Assembly (NCBI GenBank): GCA_963721455.1
Contig: CAVRJG010000045.1
Location: 32,001 to 96,000, forward strand
Length of the DNA: 64,000 bases
Source of the DNA: an uncultured Methanosarcinaceae archaeon
GTDB lineage: Archaea > Halobacteriota > Methanosarcinia > Methanosarcinales > Methanosarcinaceae
Direction: 5' to 3'
The position numbers and the translations under genes are program-made. Within the stretch, counting starts at the first letter, position 1. Each line of letters opens with the position of its first letter. Shown here piece after piece: positions 1 through 12,243 of this stretch. The notes under the pieces were generated by a model that saw only the letters and a program-made list of their open reading frames with translations, had not been told where the DNA came from and searched no databases.

Positions 1-183
1 GGGCCTTGCTGCCTGGTTCTTGGCAAAAACAATATCAACATCTCAGGCATGCAGGTTGGCAGAGCCGAGATCGGAGGCGTGACCTTGATGGTTCTCAACG
101 TAGACTCCGAAGTCTCGGACTCAATACTTGAAGAAGTCAGGCAGGTTCAGGGAATACTTAGTGCCAAACTCGTGACACTTTGA
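1..183 (+). CDS. serA: D-3-phosphoglycerate dehydrogenase, C-terminal ACT domain (partial, starts before window)
   Basis: Frame 1 reads ...LGKNNINISGMQVGRAEIGGVTLMVLNVDSEVSDSILEEVRQVQGILSAKLVTL*, typical of the SerA ACT domain. Confidence 0.8.
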   Translation, partial: GPCCLVLGKNNINISGMQVGRAEIGGVTLMVLNVDSEVSDSILEEVRQVQGILSAKLVTL

Positions 184-346
184 ATTTTCCCAGGCTTCGG
201 CATCAATTCAGATAAGAATTCCGTGCCGGAGCATTTTAACCTTTTTCTGAAACTGCGCCCACGAAGCCAGCTATCCTGAAAACTGTTATACTATAAGCCT
301 GTCATTAGACTCTCCTTCCCGTGTCAGCTTTTTAAGAGGGTAGTGA

Positions 347-853
347 ATGGAAGAACTTAAACGTGTAGTTTCAATTCCTTTTAAAAAAAATCTTGCAGTT
401 TCCCTCTCGGAAAAGGATTTTGAGTTTTCCCTGGCTTTTGACCTGAAATGGTTTTCCCCGAAAATTGCCTCAAAGGTAAAGGAACGAGCCCTTGAAGTCG
501 GCCTGCTCTCCCTTAGAGATGGTGCTCTTATACCTGGTTTTGATGTTGAAAGTGTCAGGCTTCCCCATGCGTTTAAACCGTCTGAGAATTTTCTCGAAAA
601 CCAGGAAAATTCAGGAAAAAAATCCTCTTCTCTCAAGGAAGAGATTTCGTTTGAGCAAATCCTGGAGTTCATTTCCGCAGATACCGGAGTAAACAGACAA
701 AGGCTCGTTTCCGAAATCAATTCCATGCAGGACAGGCTTTCCTATCTTGTGGATATTCGGATCGTGGCACTTGTTGTGGCAAGGAAGTTCGGGTGCGATA
801 TCGAAGCAATCTTTGAGAAGGTTGCCAGGTCTGTACTCGGCCCCTCCTTTTAA
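347..853 (+). CDS. DUF2240-like conserved archaeal protein
   Basis: 168-aa ORF with the F.LAFDLKWFSP..A pattern of this archaeal family. Confidence 0.7.
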   Translation: MEELKRVVSIPFKKNLAVSLSEKDFEFSLAFDLKWFSPKIASKVKERALEVGLLSLRDGALIPGFDVESVRLPHAFKPSENFLENQENSGKKSSSLKEEISFEQILEFISADTGVNRQRLVSEINSMQDRLSYLVDIRIVALVVARKFGCDIEAIFEKVARSVLGPSF

Positions 854-1111
854 TGGAGTTCCGCAGCTGTTCAAATGGGAAGAAGCAACGGTTGCAGTAG
901 AGGTATGAGCCGGATGCGGCGTATCTGTATGAGACCGCAAGAGATGACCTGGATTAAATTAATCGTTACATGTTTCCGATTGTAAAAATGAAGGATGGAA
1001 CGAAGTATGGGAAATACAGGATGAGGGATTTGATTATGAGATATTATAAGAGATATGAGGAGATAGGGAAAAAATAATGATCAATCTTCTCCTTTTCTTT
1101 TGGTCGTGCCC

Positions 1112-1190
1112 ATCGGATAAGTCAGGGAGATTGCTTTTCCCCTCTCCTAAGAACCGGACGTGACAGTTTCCTGTCACCCGGCTCACGCAT
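1112..1190 (-). ncRNA. Group II intron 3' end (domains V and VI), apparently an isolated fragment
   Basis: Minus strand GAGCCGGGTGACAGGAAACTGTCACGTCCGGTTC (AGC triad, GAAA loop, AC bulge), then DVI TTAGGAGAGGGG..GCAA..CTCCCTGACTTATCCGAT with A at -7 and terminal AT. Confidence 0.85.
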
Positions 1191-1255
1191 TCTATAACCT
1201 TTTCTGAAACGGTTTATATAAGAGTATGGCCGCAGGACAACTTTGTGTGATAGTT

Positions 1256-2887
1256 TCACAAATTGTTATGAATCGTCTTCATAATCGGGGGCGCCGACAT
1301 CTCTGGCGTAGCTATCTCTACATATGCACCTGTTCTAGTATTATCCAGCTCTGCCATGATCTTATCCAGGTCGCCACAGGTGGTGACCTTCCTCGTCATC
1401 CACCCATCGCAGCCAAGTACCTCTGGCAATTTATGATATTGCCATTGTGCCAGGTCGTTATAATAGTAATCTAACCTCTGAGATAGCATTCTTTCTATCA
1501 GGTAGCCATGATTGTTCAGCACGAAAATAATAGGCTTTAGACCATAGCGGTAAAACTGGCCAACCTCCTGGGCTGTCATCTGGTGCGACCCTTCTCCTGT
1601 TATAAGAATTACTCGCCGGTCTGGCGAAGCCAGCGCGGCGCCAAAGGAAGCCGGGGTAGCCCAGCCTATCGCCCCCCAGAGCGTTTGGTTATGGAACGTA
1701 GCTCCTTTCGGTAAAAATATTGGCAGTAAGCCATAAAAGGATGTACCTGAATCCACTATGATGATATCGCCGGGCTTAAAAAATTTCGTGTAGCTCGCGT
1801 ATAAATAATCAGCTGTTATCGGGTCGCTAGCATTTACCTCTGGCGTTGTGGGACGTTTAGCCATAGGTCCCCTGACATCAGTACGCTTACGAAGTCTTTT
1901 GGCGAGTTCCTCCAGTACATCTGACATTTTTAGATTGGTGTAATTAGCATACCCTATATGGACATCGTAAGGCATGACATTGATGATACGGGATTTGTCC
2001 AGTTTTGCCGTGAATCTGCCCATATTAGTATCAGACAGAATAGTGCCTATGGCAAGTATGCAGTCGCAGGATTCCACAAACTCGCTAATTTCAGGATTCA
2101 CAAGCTGTCCGCTGTATAATCCCCGATAGGAGGGATTCGTCTCGTCGAGGACTGACTTATCCATCGCCATGGTCACATAAGGTAAGCCCGAAGCATTAAC
2201 AACGGCAGTGGCCAAATCCTTAAACCCAAAGCGATCGACAAAGATGCCTGGCATGATACAGGCTTTCTTTGCATTCAATAGCTTGTTTATAATGGTCGAG
2301 ACCACTTCTTCTAGCGCCTCAGGCTCGCTTTTTACAGGCACGTTTGCCGGCGCCGGGGAAGATGATACATTTTCATGAACATAGTTGCCAGGTATGGCAA
2401 TATAGACGGGACGGTGATTCTCTAAGGCTGCTGCGATGACACGCTCGACTTCATGAATGCAGTTTTCCGGAGTAAGCATCGTCTTCGCACATACGACTGG
2501 CGTAGCCATTGCCATGAATAGGTCGAACTCTCCGTTACCCAGCGTGTGATGTACTATGGCATGTCTTTCCTGGACCGGCATATTCGGCATCCCGACAATA
2601 TGAAATACCAGATTGTGCTCCCCGTAAGAACCTGCTATGCCGCATAGCGCAGACAGTTCACCTACCCCAAAGGTAGTAGACAGCGCTGACATGCCATTGA
2701 TACGAGCATAACCGTCGGCAGCATAAGCGGCGTTCAGCTCATTGCAGCAGCCGATCCAGCGCAGCTCCTTATCATCACAGATGGCATCGTTGATAGGAAA
2801 CGCATAGTCCCCTGGCACGCCGAAAATATCCCTGATGCCCAGCTGTTTTAATCGATTCAGAAGATATTGAATAACTGTCTCAGGCAT
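1256..2887 (-). CDS. ThDP-dependent alpha-keto acid decarboxylase (pyruvate/indolepyruvate decarboxylase family)
   Basis: FGVPGDY, NELNAAYAADGYAR, HHTLG and GEGS..MTAQE...LNNHGY motifs. Confidence 0.9.
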   Translation of the reverse strand: MPETVIQYLLNRLKQLGIRDIFGVPGDYAFPINDAICDDKELRWIGCCNELNAAYAADGYARINGMSALSTTFGVGELSALCGIAGSYGEHNLVFHIVGMPNMPVQERHAIVHHTLGNGEFDLFMAMATPVVCAKTMLTPENCIHEVERVIAAALENHRPVYIAIPGNYVHENVSSSPAPANVPVKSEPEALEEVVSTIINKLLNAKKACIMPGIFVDRFGFKDLATAVVNASGLPYVTMAMDKSVLDETNPSYRGLYSGQLVNPEISEFVESCDCILAIGTILSDTNMGRFTAKLDKSRIINVMPYDVHIGYANYTNLKMSDVLEELAKRLRKRTDVRGPMAKRPTTPEVNASDPITADYLYASYTKFFKPGDIIIVDSGTSFYGLLPIFLPKGATFHNQTLWGAIGWATPASFGAALASPDRRVILITGEGSHQMTAQEVGQFYRYGLKPIIFVLNNHGYLIERMLSQRLDYYYNDLAQWQYHKLPEVLGCDGWMTRKVTTCGDLDKIMAELDNTRTGAYVEIATPEMSAPPIMKTIHNNL

Positions 2888-3181
2888 AATAGTACCACCA
2901 AGTTCATGTTTGCTTGTTTCATCGTTTTTTCGCGTGGAGCCAGCCGGTCGAGTCGCGCAGGCCTTGATCCGCGATTGAGACCGCTCTCATACCAGGAAAC
3001 AACTCTGTCATGAGATTGGATAGTTCTTTTAGCGCCTGCCCGCAGACCTGGTACTAACTCGACATGATATTGATCGCTCCCCTACATTTATCGTTCCCCA
3101 AGTATTATAATTCCTTTAATATTATAAAAGATCGGACTTCTCTCTAATACATCCCCGATCTTCCCAAATTAGCTCCGAAAG

Positions 3182-3320
3182 CCGAGTTCCGCTTCCCGAG
3201 TTGCGCCTCCCGAGTTTCGCTTCCCGAGTTTCGCTTCGGGAGCACGATGTCCTTTTCGCTTCGCTCAAGAGGACTAAATTCCAAAGTTACAGCACTTTCC
3301 TTCCCGAATTGCGCCTCGGA
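3182..3320 (+). repeat. Dispersed intergenic repeat with 14-bp tandem units (CCGAGTTTCGCTTC); copy 1
   Basis: 3208-3277 is identical over 70 bp to the reverse complement of 55065-55134. Confidence 0.85.
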
Positions 3321-4185
3321 AGCTTTCTAAGATTATGGCTTTACCTAAAAAAGAGAATACTACGGTTGCCTGGACTTCTGTTTCTCTGGTTATCTGGGGT
3401 GTTTCTCATCTGATCAGGACTGTTGATTCTCCTTTGAAGCCTTATGTTAATCGTTCTTCTGTTTCTGTGAGTAGTTGAGTTGTTTTGAAAAATATAACAT
3501 GTTGAGAACAGTGTAATTAATGTGAGCGTATTTGACAAAACAACCGATTTGCTCAGTCGGATGATGAACATAAAAAATAATGCTCGTAAAGAAATCGTTG
3601 CGGTGACCTTACATTGTTTGTATTGATCGCTACATCGTCAAAAACTTTCATACCTTCACTTACAATACGGTGATTCGTTACTAATTGCGCGTTTTTACGG
3701 ATTGGACGTTGTTTCTTTAGTGTTTTATTTTGTGTATATACAGCTTAATTTGCTTAATCATGAATCGGTATATTGTTTAGACTGCTTGATGTTTGTCTGT
3801 TTCTAAATTTAATTCTGACCAGTTTTTCAGTTCTGTAAAATTGTATAGACGTTCCTGATTTTTGGGTTATGTTGTGTGGTTTAATGTTTTATTGGATTGT
3901 TTTTCGGATTGTACCATTGGGGGTTTTGGTTTCTTTGATAATAGAGAAGTCGTGTCGCTTTAGTCCTTGATTCTGGGTGGGGCTTCCTGTTGTCATAAAG
4001 TGTATTCCGAAGGAGTACGCTGCAAGTATACCGTCAATCTGGCATGCCGCATACTGCCCCTGTTATGGGACGCGCCAGTGCAATCTAGATTCAGGAGCAT
4101 TATGAGAGGTATGAGCAGATAGAGAAGAAATAAACAAATTTTGCCATCTGGAATTATAGCAAATCAAAACTACTGATGCACATAA

Positions 4186-5176
<991 letters not shown>

Positions 5177-5183
5177 AGGGTGA

Positions 5184-5594
<411 letters not shown>

Positions 5595-5598
5595 GACT

Positions 5599-5787
5599 AT
5601 GATCCCAGTCCGATGTTTCTCATGTGGAAAAGTAATCTCAAATTATTGGGATGAGTACAAAAGACGCGTCAATGATGGCGAAAACGGTGCCGTAGTGCTG
5701 GATGATCTTGGGATCACCCGCTACTGCTGCCGCAGAATGATTCTAAGCCATGTTGAACTCGTTGATGTGCTTTCGCCGTACCAGTAA
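5599..5787 (+). CDS. rpoN: RNA polymerase subunit N (Rpo10)
   Basis: [11 protein letters not shown]...RYCCRRM. Confidence 0.95.
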   Translation: MIPVRCFSCGKVISNYWDEYKRRVNDGENGAVVLDDLGITRYCCRRMILSHVELVDVLSPYQ

Positions 5788-5862
5788 GGGACCGTAGGGT
5801 AGCTTGGTCCATCCTTCGGCGTTCGGGACGCCGGAACCTGAGTTCGAATCTCAGCGGTCCCA
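5788..5862 (+). tRNA. tRNA-Pro (anticodon CGG)
   Basis: Acceptor GGGACCG/CGGTCCC, anticodon arm CGGCG-TTCGGGA-CGCCG, T-loop TTCGAAT; abuts rpoN stop. Confidence 0.95.
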
Positions 5863-5929
5863 TCCCCCTATTTCCAGGGTGCTGGTTTTCAGGCATGTAC
5901 TGTAGTACTAAATATCAAATTTATCATGA

Positions 5930-6163
<234 letters not shown>

Positions 6164-6224
6164 AAACGTAGTGGGATACAGTTTCAGATATTGAATGTGT
6201 TTTATTGTTGATTCTATATTATGA

Positions 6225-6977
<753 letters not shown>

Positions 6978-7046
6978 TCCGAAAGGCAGTCCTGCATACT
7001 GCAAGGATATATAAAAAAGACCCATATCTTATATGGGTGATCATAA

Positions 7047-7844
7047 ATGAGACAGCCAGCAGTTGCAGGGCAGTTCTATCCCCTGCGTCCTGAATATCTG
7101 GAGAAAGAACTGAAGCGATGTTTTGAAGGTCTGGAGATCCGGGAACGAAATATCCTCGGGGCAGTTTGTCCGCATGCAGGATATGTTTATTCCGGGAAAG
7201 TTGCTGCACATGTATATGCAGCTCTCCCTAAAGCCGATACCTATGTCCTTTTCGGCCCCAATCATACGGGATACGGCTCACCTGTATCAGTATCCAGGGA
7301 AACATGGAAGACCCCCCTGGGAACTGTCGAGGTTGATCTCGAACTTGCCGATAGATTTTTAGGAAGCATCGTTGATGAGGACGAGCTTGGACACAGGTAC
7401 GAACATTCTATCGAAGTTCAGCTTCCTTTCCTTCAATACCGTTTCGACCAGGATTTCCGGATACTCCCTATCTGCATGGGTATGCAGGATGAGGAGACCG
7501 CAATTGAGGTAGGAAACCTTGTTGCCGACCTCGTTTCCAAAAGCGGGAAAAAAGCAGTCTTCATCGCATCCAGTGATTTTACACATTACCAGCCTGCAGA
7601 GCTTGCAAAGGAAATGGACAATGAAATCATAGAAGCCATCCTTAATCGGGATGTTTCGGGGATATATAAAAGGCTTTATAGAAGAAACGCATCCGTGTGC
7701 GGATATGGGCCGATTGCTGCGATGCTAACAGCCTCACAAAAGCTCGGTGCGAACCGGGCCGAACTGCTAAACTATTCAAACAGTGGGGATGTTTCCGGAG
7801 ATATGAATGCAGTTGTGGGATATGCCGCGATTATCGTGGAATAA
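7047..7844 (+). CDS. MEMO1 family (AmmeMemoRadiSam protein B)
   Basis: RQPAVAGQFYP, PHAGY.YSG, GPNHTG, EHSIEVQLPFLQ, ASSDFTHY. Confidence 0.9.
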   Translation: MRQPAVAGQFYPLRPEYLEKELKRCFEGLEIRERNILGAVCPHAGYVYSGKVAAHVYAALPKADTYVLFGPNHTGYGSPVSVSRETWKTPLGTVEVDLELADRFLGSIVDEDELGHRYEHSIEVQLPFLQYRFDQDFRILPICMGMQDEETAIEVGNLVADLVSKSGKKAVFIASSDFTHYQPAELAKEMDNEIIEAILNRDVSGIYKRLYRRNASVCGYGPIAAMLTASQKLGANRAELLNYSNSGDVSGDMNAVVGYAAIIVE

Positions 7845-8092
7845 GAGGAATTCTTCGGAAAAATGAAGTCCATTCGTTTTTGATTCAAAAATACCGGGAT
7901 AATTATTCATGCCCGGATAAGTTTTTTTATGAATTTTCACTTTTATCTACTTACACATCAGTCTATAAACTCAGTTACACTTCAAACATAAATTCACATT
8001 ATACAGTCAAATGTAAATTCACGCTACAAATTCCGACATAAATTCACTGCTTTACATGCTTCAATCAAACTTACAAATTTCAGAGGAGTAAT

Positions 8093-8998
8093 ATGGTTTC
8101 GTGTTCTACACCCGGGAAAATCTATCTATTCGGAGAGCATGCAGTTGTCTACGGAGAAACTGCAATAGCATGTGCTGTAGATTTGAGGACCCGTGTGAGA
8201 GCAGAAATTAACGATTCTATAGTGATCCGGTCGCAAATTGGCAGGACAGGGATTGATTTTGAAAAGCATCCTTATATCTCCTCAGTTATTGAAAAGATGG
8301 GGGAAATCGCGCCGATAAGAGGTGTTCTCCTGGAAGTTGATTCCGAGATCCCTGCAGGTTCCGGGCTCGGGTCATCTGCCGCTGTTACGATTGCGAGTAT
8401 AGGTGTTCTTAATGAACTGTTTGGCTGCGGCCTTTCTCTTAACGAGATTGCAAAACTGGGCCATCAAATCGAAATCAGTGTCCAGGGAACGGCAAGCCCT
8501 ACTGATACCTATGTCTCTACTTTCGGAGGGGTTGTTACTATCCCTGACCGGAGGAAGTTGAGGACGCCGGACTGCGGAATTGTAATCGGGGACACTGGAA
8601 TTTTTTCTTCTACAAAAGAGCTTGTGGCAAATGTCAGGAAGCTCCGTGAAAGTTATCCCGAACTTATCGAACCCCTTATGGCTTCCATTGGCAGGATCTC
8701 CAAAATCGGGGAACCCCTTGTCCTGGCAGGGGATTATCCTTCCATTGGCAGGCTTATGAATGTAAACCAGGGACTTCTGGATGCCCTTGGAGTAAATATT
8801 CTTGAACTTTCGAGGTTAATTTACTCAGCTCGGGGAGCCGGAGCTTTCGGAGCAAAGATTACAGGCGCTGGCGGTGGAGGATGCATGGTTGCCCTTGCGG
8901 CACCTGACAAATGTATTCAGGTTGCTGAAGCCATCTCAGAGGCGGGGGGTAAAGTGACCATCACAAAACCCACAGAGCAGGGCTTAAAGTTAGAATGA
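8093..8998 (+). CDS. mvk: Mevalonate kinase
   Basis: PGKIYLFGEHAVVYG, P.GSGLGSSAA, GAKITGAGGGG (GHMP kinase). Confidence 0.93.
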   Translation: MVSCSTPGKIYLFGEHAVVYGETAIACAVDLRTRVRAEINDSIVIRSQIGRTGIDFEKHPYISSVIEKMGEIAPIRGVLLEVDSEIPAGSGLGSSAAVTIASIGVLNELFGCGLSLNEIAKLGHQIEISVQGTASPTDTYVSTFGGVVTIPDRRKLRTPDCGIVIGDTGIFSSTKELVANVRKLRESYPELIEPLMASIGRISKIGEPLVLAGDYPSIGRLMNVNQGLLDALGVNILELSRLIYSARGAGAFGAKITGAGGGGCMVALAAPDKCIQVAEAISEAGGKVTITKPTEQGLKLE

Positions 8999-9096
8999 GC
9001 AACTCAAACCTTTATCTCGTCGAAGTTTTATTTCGTTATTTCGCGGTTATCCATAAAAAACTGGGAATTATTTAAAAAGGTATCAAGTGATATGGT

Positions 9097-9879
9097 ATGA
9101 AGGTCTCAAACGAACCTGTTATCCTGAAACTTGGAGGCAGTGTCATTACTGACAAAGGCGCAGATGAAGGAGTTGTAAGAGAGGCTGATCTCCTGAGGAT
9201 TGCGAAGGAAGTTTCCGAATTTCGGGGAAAAATGATTGTTGTACACGGTGCAGGTTCCTTTGGGCATACCTACGCCAAAAAATACGGGCTTGACAGGAGT
9301 TTTGATCCAGAAGGGGTGATTATAACCCATGAATCCGTCAAGAAGCTTGCCGCTGCGGTGGTAGGTGCCCTGAACCATTTCGGAGTCCGGGCTGTGGCCA
9401 TACACCCGATGTGCTGCACGGTTTGCAGAAATGGGCGGATAGAGAGCATGTATCTTGACAACATAAAGCTCATGCTCGAGAAAGGCTTTGTCCCGGTGCT
9501 GCACGGAGATGTTGTTATGGACCTCGAACTCGGAGCGTGCGTTCTCTCAGGAGACCAGATAGTCCCCTACCTTGCAAAGGAACTCGGGATCACCAGGCTC
9601 GGGCTGGGATCGGCAGAGGATGGAGTGCTTGATAAAGATGGAAAATCCGTACCCGAAATCACCCCGGAAAAATTTGAAAATTTCAAGCATTACATAAGAG
9701 GTTCAGGAAGCACCGATGTTACGGGCGGCATGCTCGGGAAGGTACAGGAACTTCTTGAACTTAGCAAAACGTCTTGTATCACTTCATATATATTCAATGC
9801 CGGAAAAGAGGAGAATGTATACAGGTTCTTAAATGGGGAATCCATAGGGACCAGGATTAGTCCGGATAAAAGGGTATGA
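9097..9879 (+). CDS. ipk: Isopentenyl phosphate kinase
   Basis: LKLGGSVITDK, VHGAGSFGH, DVTGGM.GK; between mvk and fni. Confidence 0.9.
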   Translation: MKVSNEPVILKLGGSVITDKGADEGVVREADLLRIAKEVSEFRGKMIVVHGAGSFGHTYAKKYGLDRSFDPEGVIITHESVKKLAAAVVGALNHFGVRAVAIHPMCCTVCRNGRIESMYLDNIKLMLEKGFVPVLHGDVVMDLELGACVLSGDQIVPYLAKELGITRLGLGSAEDGVLDKDGKSVPEITPEKFENFKHYIRGSGSTDVTGGMLGKVQELLELSKTSCITSYIFNAGKEENVYRFLNGESIGTRISPDKRV

Positions 9880-9882
9880 AGT

Positions 9883-10980
9883 ATGATCAACACTACCTCA
9901 AGGCGAAAGATCGAACACCTGAAACTATGTGCTGAAAGCCCGGTTGAATCCCGAAACGTCAGTGCGGGCTTTGAGGATGTGACGCTAATACACAGGGCAC
10001 TTCCGGAACTCGATATGGATAAGCTTGACCTGTCTGTGGATCTTCTCGGAAAGCACCTGAAAGCTCCTTTTTTGATCGCCTCGATTACGGGAGGGCATCC
10101 TGATACCGTTTCGGTAAACGCTGCCCTTGCCTCTGCGGCTGAAGAACTGGGAGTGGGAATAGGCGTTGGCAGCCAGAGGGCTGCAATTGATGACCCTGCC
10201 CAGGAAGAATCTTTCAGGGTTGTCAGGGAAAAAGCTCCGAATGCCTTTGTTTATGGAAATGTGGGCGCTGCCCAGATCCGCGAGTACGGGGTTGACGGAG
10301 TTGAAAAACTTGTCGAAATGATCGACGCCGATGCCCTTGCCATCCACCTGAACTTTTTACAGGAAGCCATCCAGCCAGAAGGAGATAGGGATGCCACTGG
10401 CTGTCTTGATATGATTAGAGAAATCTGCTCCGTGCTGGGTACGCCAGTAATCATTAAAGAAACAGGAGCTGGCATCTCAAGGGACGATGCCCTTCTCCTC
10501 CAGAAGGCAGGCGTGTCTGCAATTGATGTTGGAGGTGTGGGAGGCACAAGCTGGGCAGGAGTTGAGGTCTACAGGGCCAGGGAAAGCGGAGATTCTGCCT
10601 CCGAACACCTTGGGGAACTTTTTTGGGACTTTGGAATTCCCACAGTTGCCAGCATTATAGAATCAAGGGTTTCCCTCCCGATTATCGCAACGGGTGGAGT
10701 AAGGACAGGGCTTGATATAGCTAAGTCCATTGCTCTCGGAGCCAGTGCGGCAAGTGCAGCTCTTCCTTTCGTGGGTCCTGCCCTTGAAGGGAAAAGGCCG
10801 GTTGTCAGTATCCTTTCCCGTATGCTGGACGAGTTCAGAGTTGCGATGTTTCTCTGCGGCTGTGCAAATATCCAGGACCTGCGCAACGCACCTGTGGTAG
10901 TTACCGGTTGGACTCTCGAATATCTGCGGCAACGCGGCTTTAACGTAAAGGATTATGCCGTCTCAGGAGGCACTTTTTAA
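9883..10980 (+). CDS. fni: Type 2 isopentenyl-diphosphate isomerase
   Basis: RK.EH, ITGG, GSQRAA, HLN.LQEA.QPEGD, KETGAG. Confidence 0.95.
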   Translation: MINTTSRRKIEHLKLCAESPVESRNVSAGFEDVTLIHRALPELDMDKLDLSVDLLGKHLKAPFLIASITGGHPDTVSVNAALASAAEELGVGIGVGSQRAAIDDPAQEESFRVVREKAPNAFVYGNVGAAQIREYGVDGVEKLVEMIDADALAIHLNFLQEAIQPEGDRDATGCLDMIREICSVLGTPVIIKETGAGISRDDALLLQKAGVSAIDVGGVGGTSWAGVEVYRARESGDSASEHLGELFWDFGIPTVASIIESRVSLPIIATGGVRTGLDIAKSIALGASAASAALPFVGPALEGKRPVVSILSRMLDEFRVAMFLCGCANIQDLRNAPVVVTGWTLEYLRQRGFNVKDYAVSGGTF

Positions 10981-11149
10981 AGTAAGGCATCATATCGGCT
11001 ACTTTTACCTGTAATCTGTATTAAAATTTACATTGTACCGGTAAGGTCTAATAACAGGCACGTTCAATAAAAGGCTCGTTCCATAACAATATTTATACAT
11101 AATATGAAAGTAATGTTTGAGAAGAAATCGTTAATATGTGAATAATGGT

Positions 11150-11300
11150 TTATGTTCCAGATAAGGGAAAAATCTACTGAGGATAAGAAATTCATGTCCC
11201 CAGATAAGGGAAAACCTGCTAGGATAAGCAATCCGTATCCTCAAATCAGGGAAAATCTAATGTGAGCATTTTATGTTCCTGAATCAAGGGAAAATTAATT
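11150..11300. repeat. About four degenerate ~40-bp tandem repeats (core AGGGAAAA) in the fni-rnj spacer
   Basis: CAGATAAGGGAAAA twice, then AAATCAGGGAAAA and AATCAAGGGAAAA at ~40-bp spacing. Confidence 0.6.
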
Positions 11301-12243
11301 AGCTCATTGTCCTTTAGGGATACCTGGCGAGTAGAAGAGAATTCATTGTCAGAGCATCCGGATAATATCTAAGTCCGACCTGAATTATCTGGAAGGTTGG
11401 TACGCAATTAAATTGGAATCTGCTTCAATGTAATCACAATTACCAGAGTTATCATTTATTTGAAGTCGGTTAAATTGAGGAATTAATTTCACAGTTACTC
11501 AGATTAAAATCATTTAGTACGAAGTTATTCCATTATTGGAGCAAGAATAATTTATAAAAGCCATTAAATAAGGAACCGCCTGGTGAGAGCCATCATGGCA
11601 AGGATAATTTAAGTAAGAATGGGCCAGCGAGAATAAACAGGAATCAAAAATCAATAAAAATAAAGAATCAATCACAAAGAGTAGATTATTAAACAAATTC
11701 CAGAAGAATCGGCTTGGATAGAAGACGATACGTTTTCAAAGCACTTTAAAGGCAGAAATCTTACCTTATAGAGCAGGTTGAGAATCAGGTCCTTAAGAAA
11801 TAATAACCAGTAAGAGTACGCAAAAGTCTCCTGTTAATCGAATTTGCAGCCGGAATTTATCTGATCCGGCAGAGAAAATCCTTTGAAAGGATGCATCGAA
11901 AGAAAACAGGATTGAAGGCAGCCCCCTGAGTTCTTAGCAGGCGTCTGAATATTTGTATACTGAAACAAATATATATTTAAAGTAGTATTCTTCTGCAAGA
12001 GACTGTAGCCTGATTCACTTCTGCAAGAGACTATAGCCGGGTTCATTTCATCCGGGAGTGGATTTCTTCCTGAGAGAAGGGTCTGAATAGTGACTGCTCT
12101 AAGGCTGATTCTTTATTAGATTCTATGTTATGCGCTATATTGTTTACATCATGGTTATTACTTTAAGGCCGTTACCTACCGGATCCGTATTTAGAGAATC
12201 CGGTTTCACAAGGACAAAAAAAATTAAATAAGAGGTAAAAAAT

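Noticed and set aside
908-940. GAGCCGGATGCGG resembling the start of a second group II intron DV
   Set aside because: No complementary 3' arm or DVI follows
2888-3100. Possible TPP riboswitch or amber-containing leader ORF upstream of the ThDP enzyme
   Set aside because: No CTGAGA/ACCTGA core motifs; the short ORF has no recognisable homology
3201-3413. ORF sharing a peptide with 55025-55363
   Set aside because: Shared peptide is only the translation of the dispersed non-coding repeat
3960-4080. Possible intron 5' end (GCGCG) or IS200/IS605 right end (CAGGAAGCCCC) on the minus strand
   Set aside because: Only short motif matches; no domain I features or tnpB ORF can be supported
7960-8050. 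TAAATTCAC repeated three times before mvk
   Set aside because: Short, AT-rich and degenerate; no support for function
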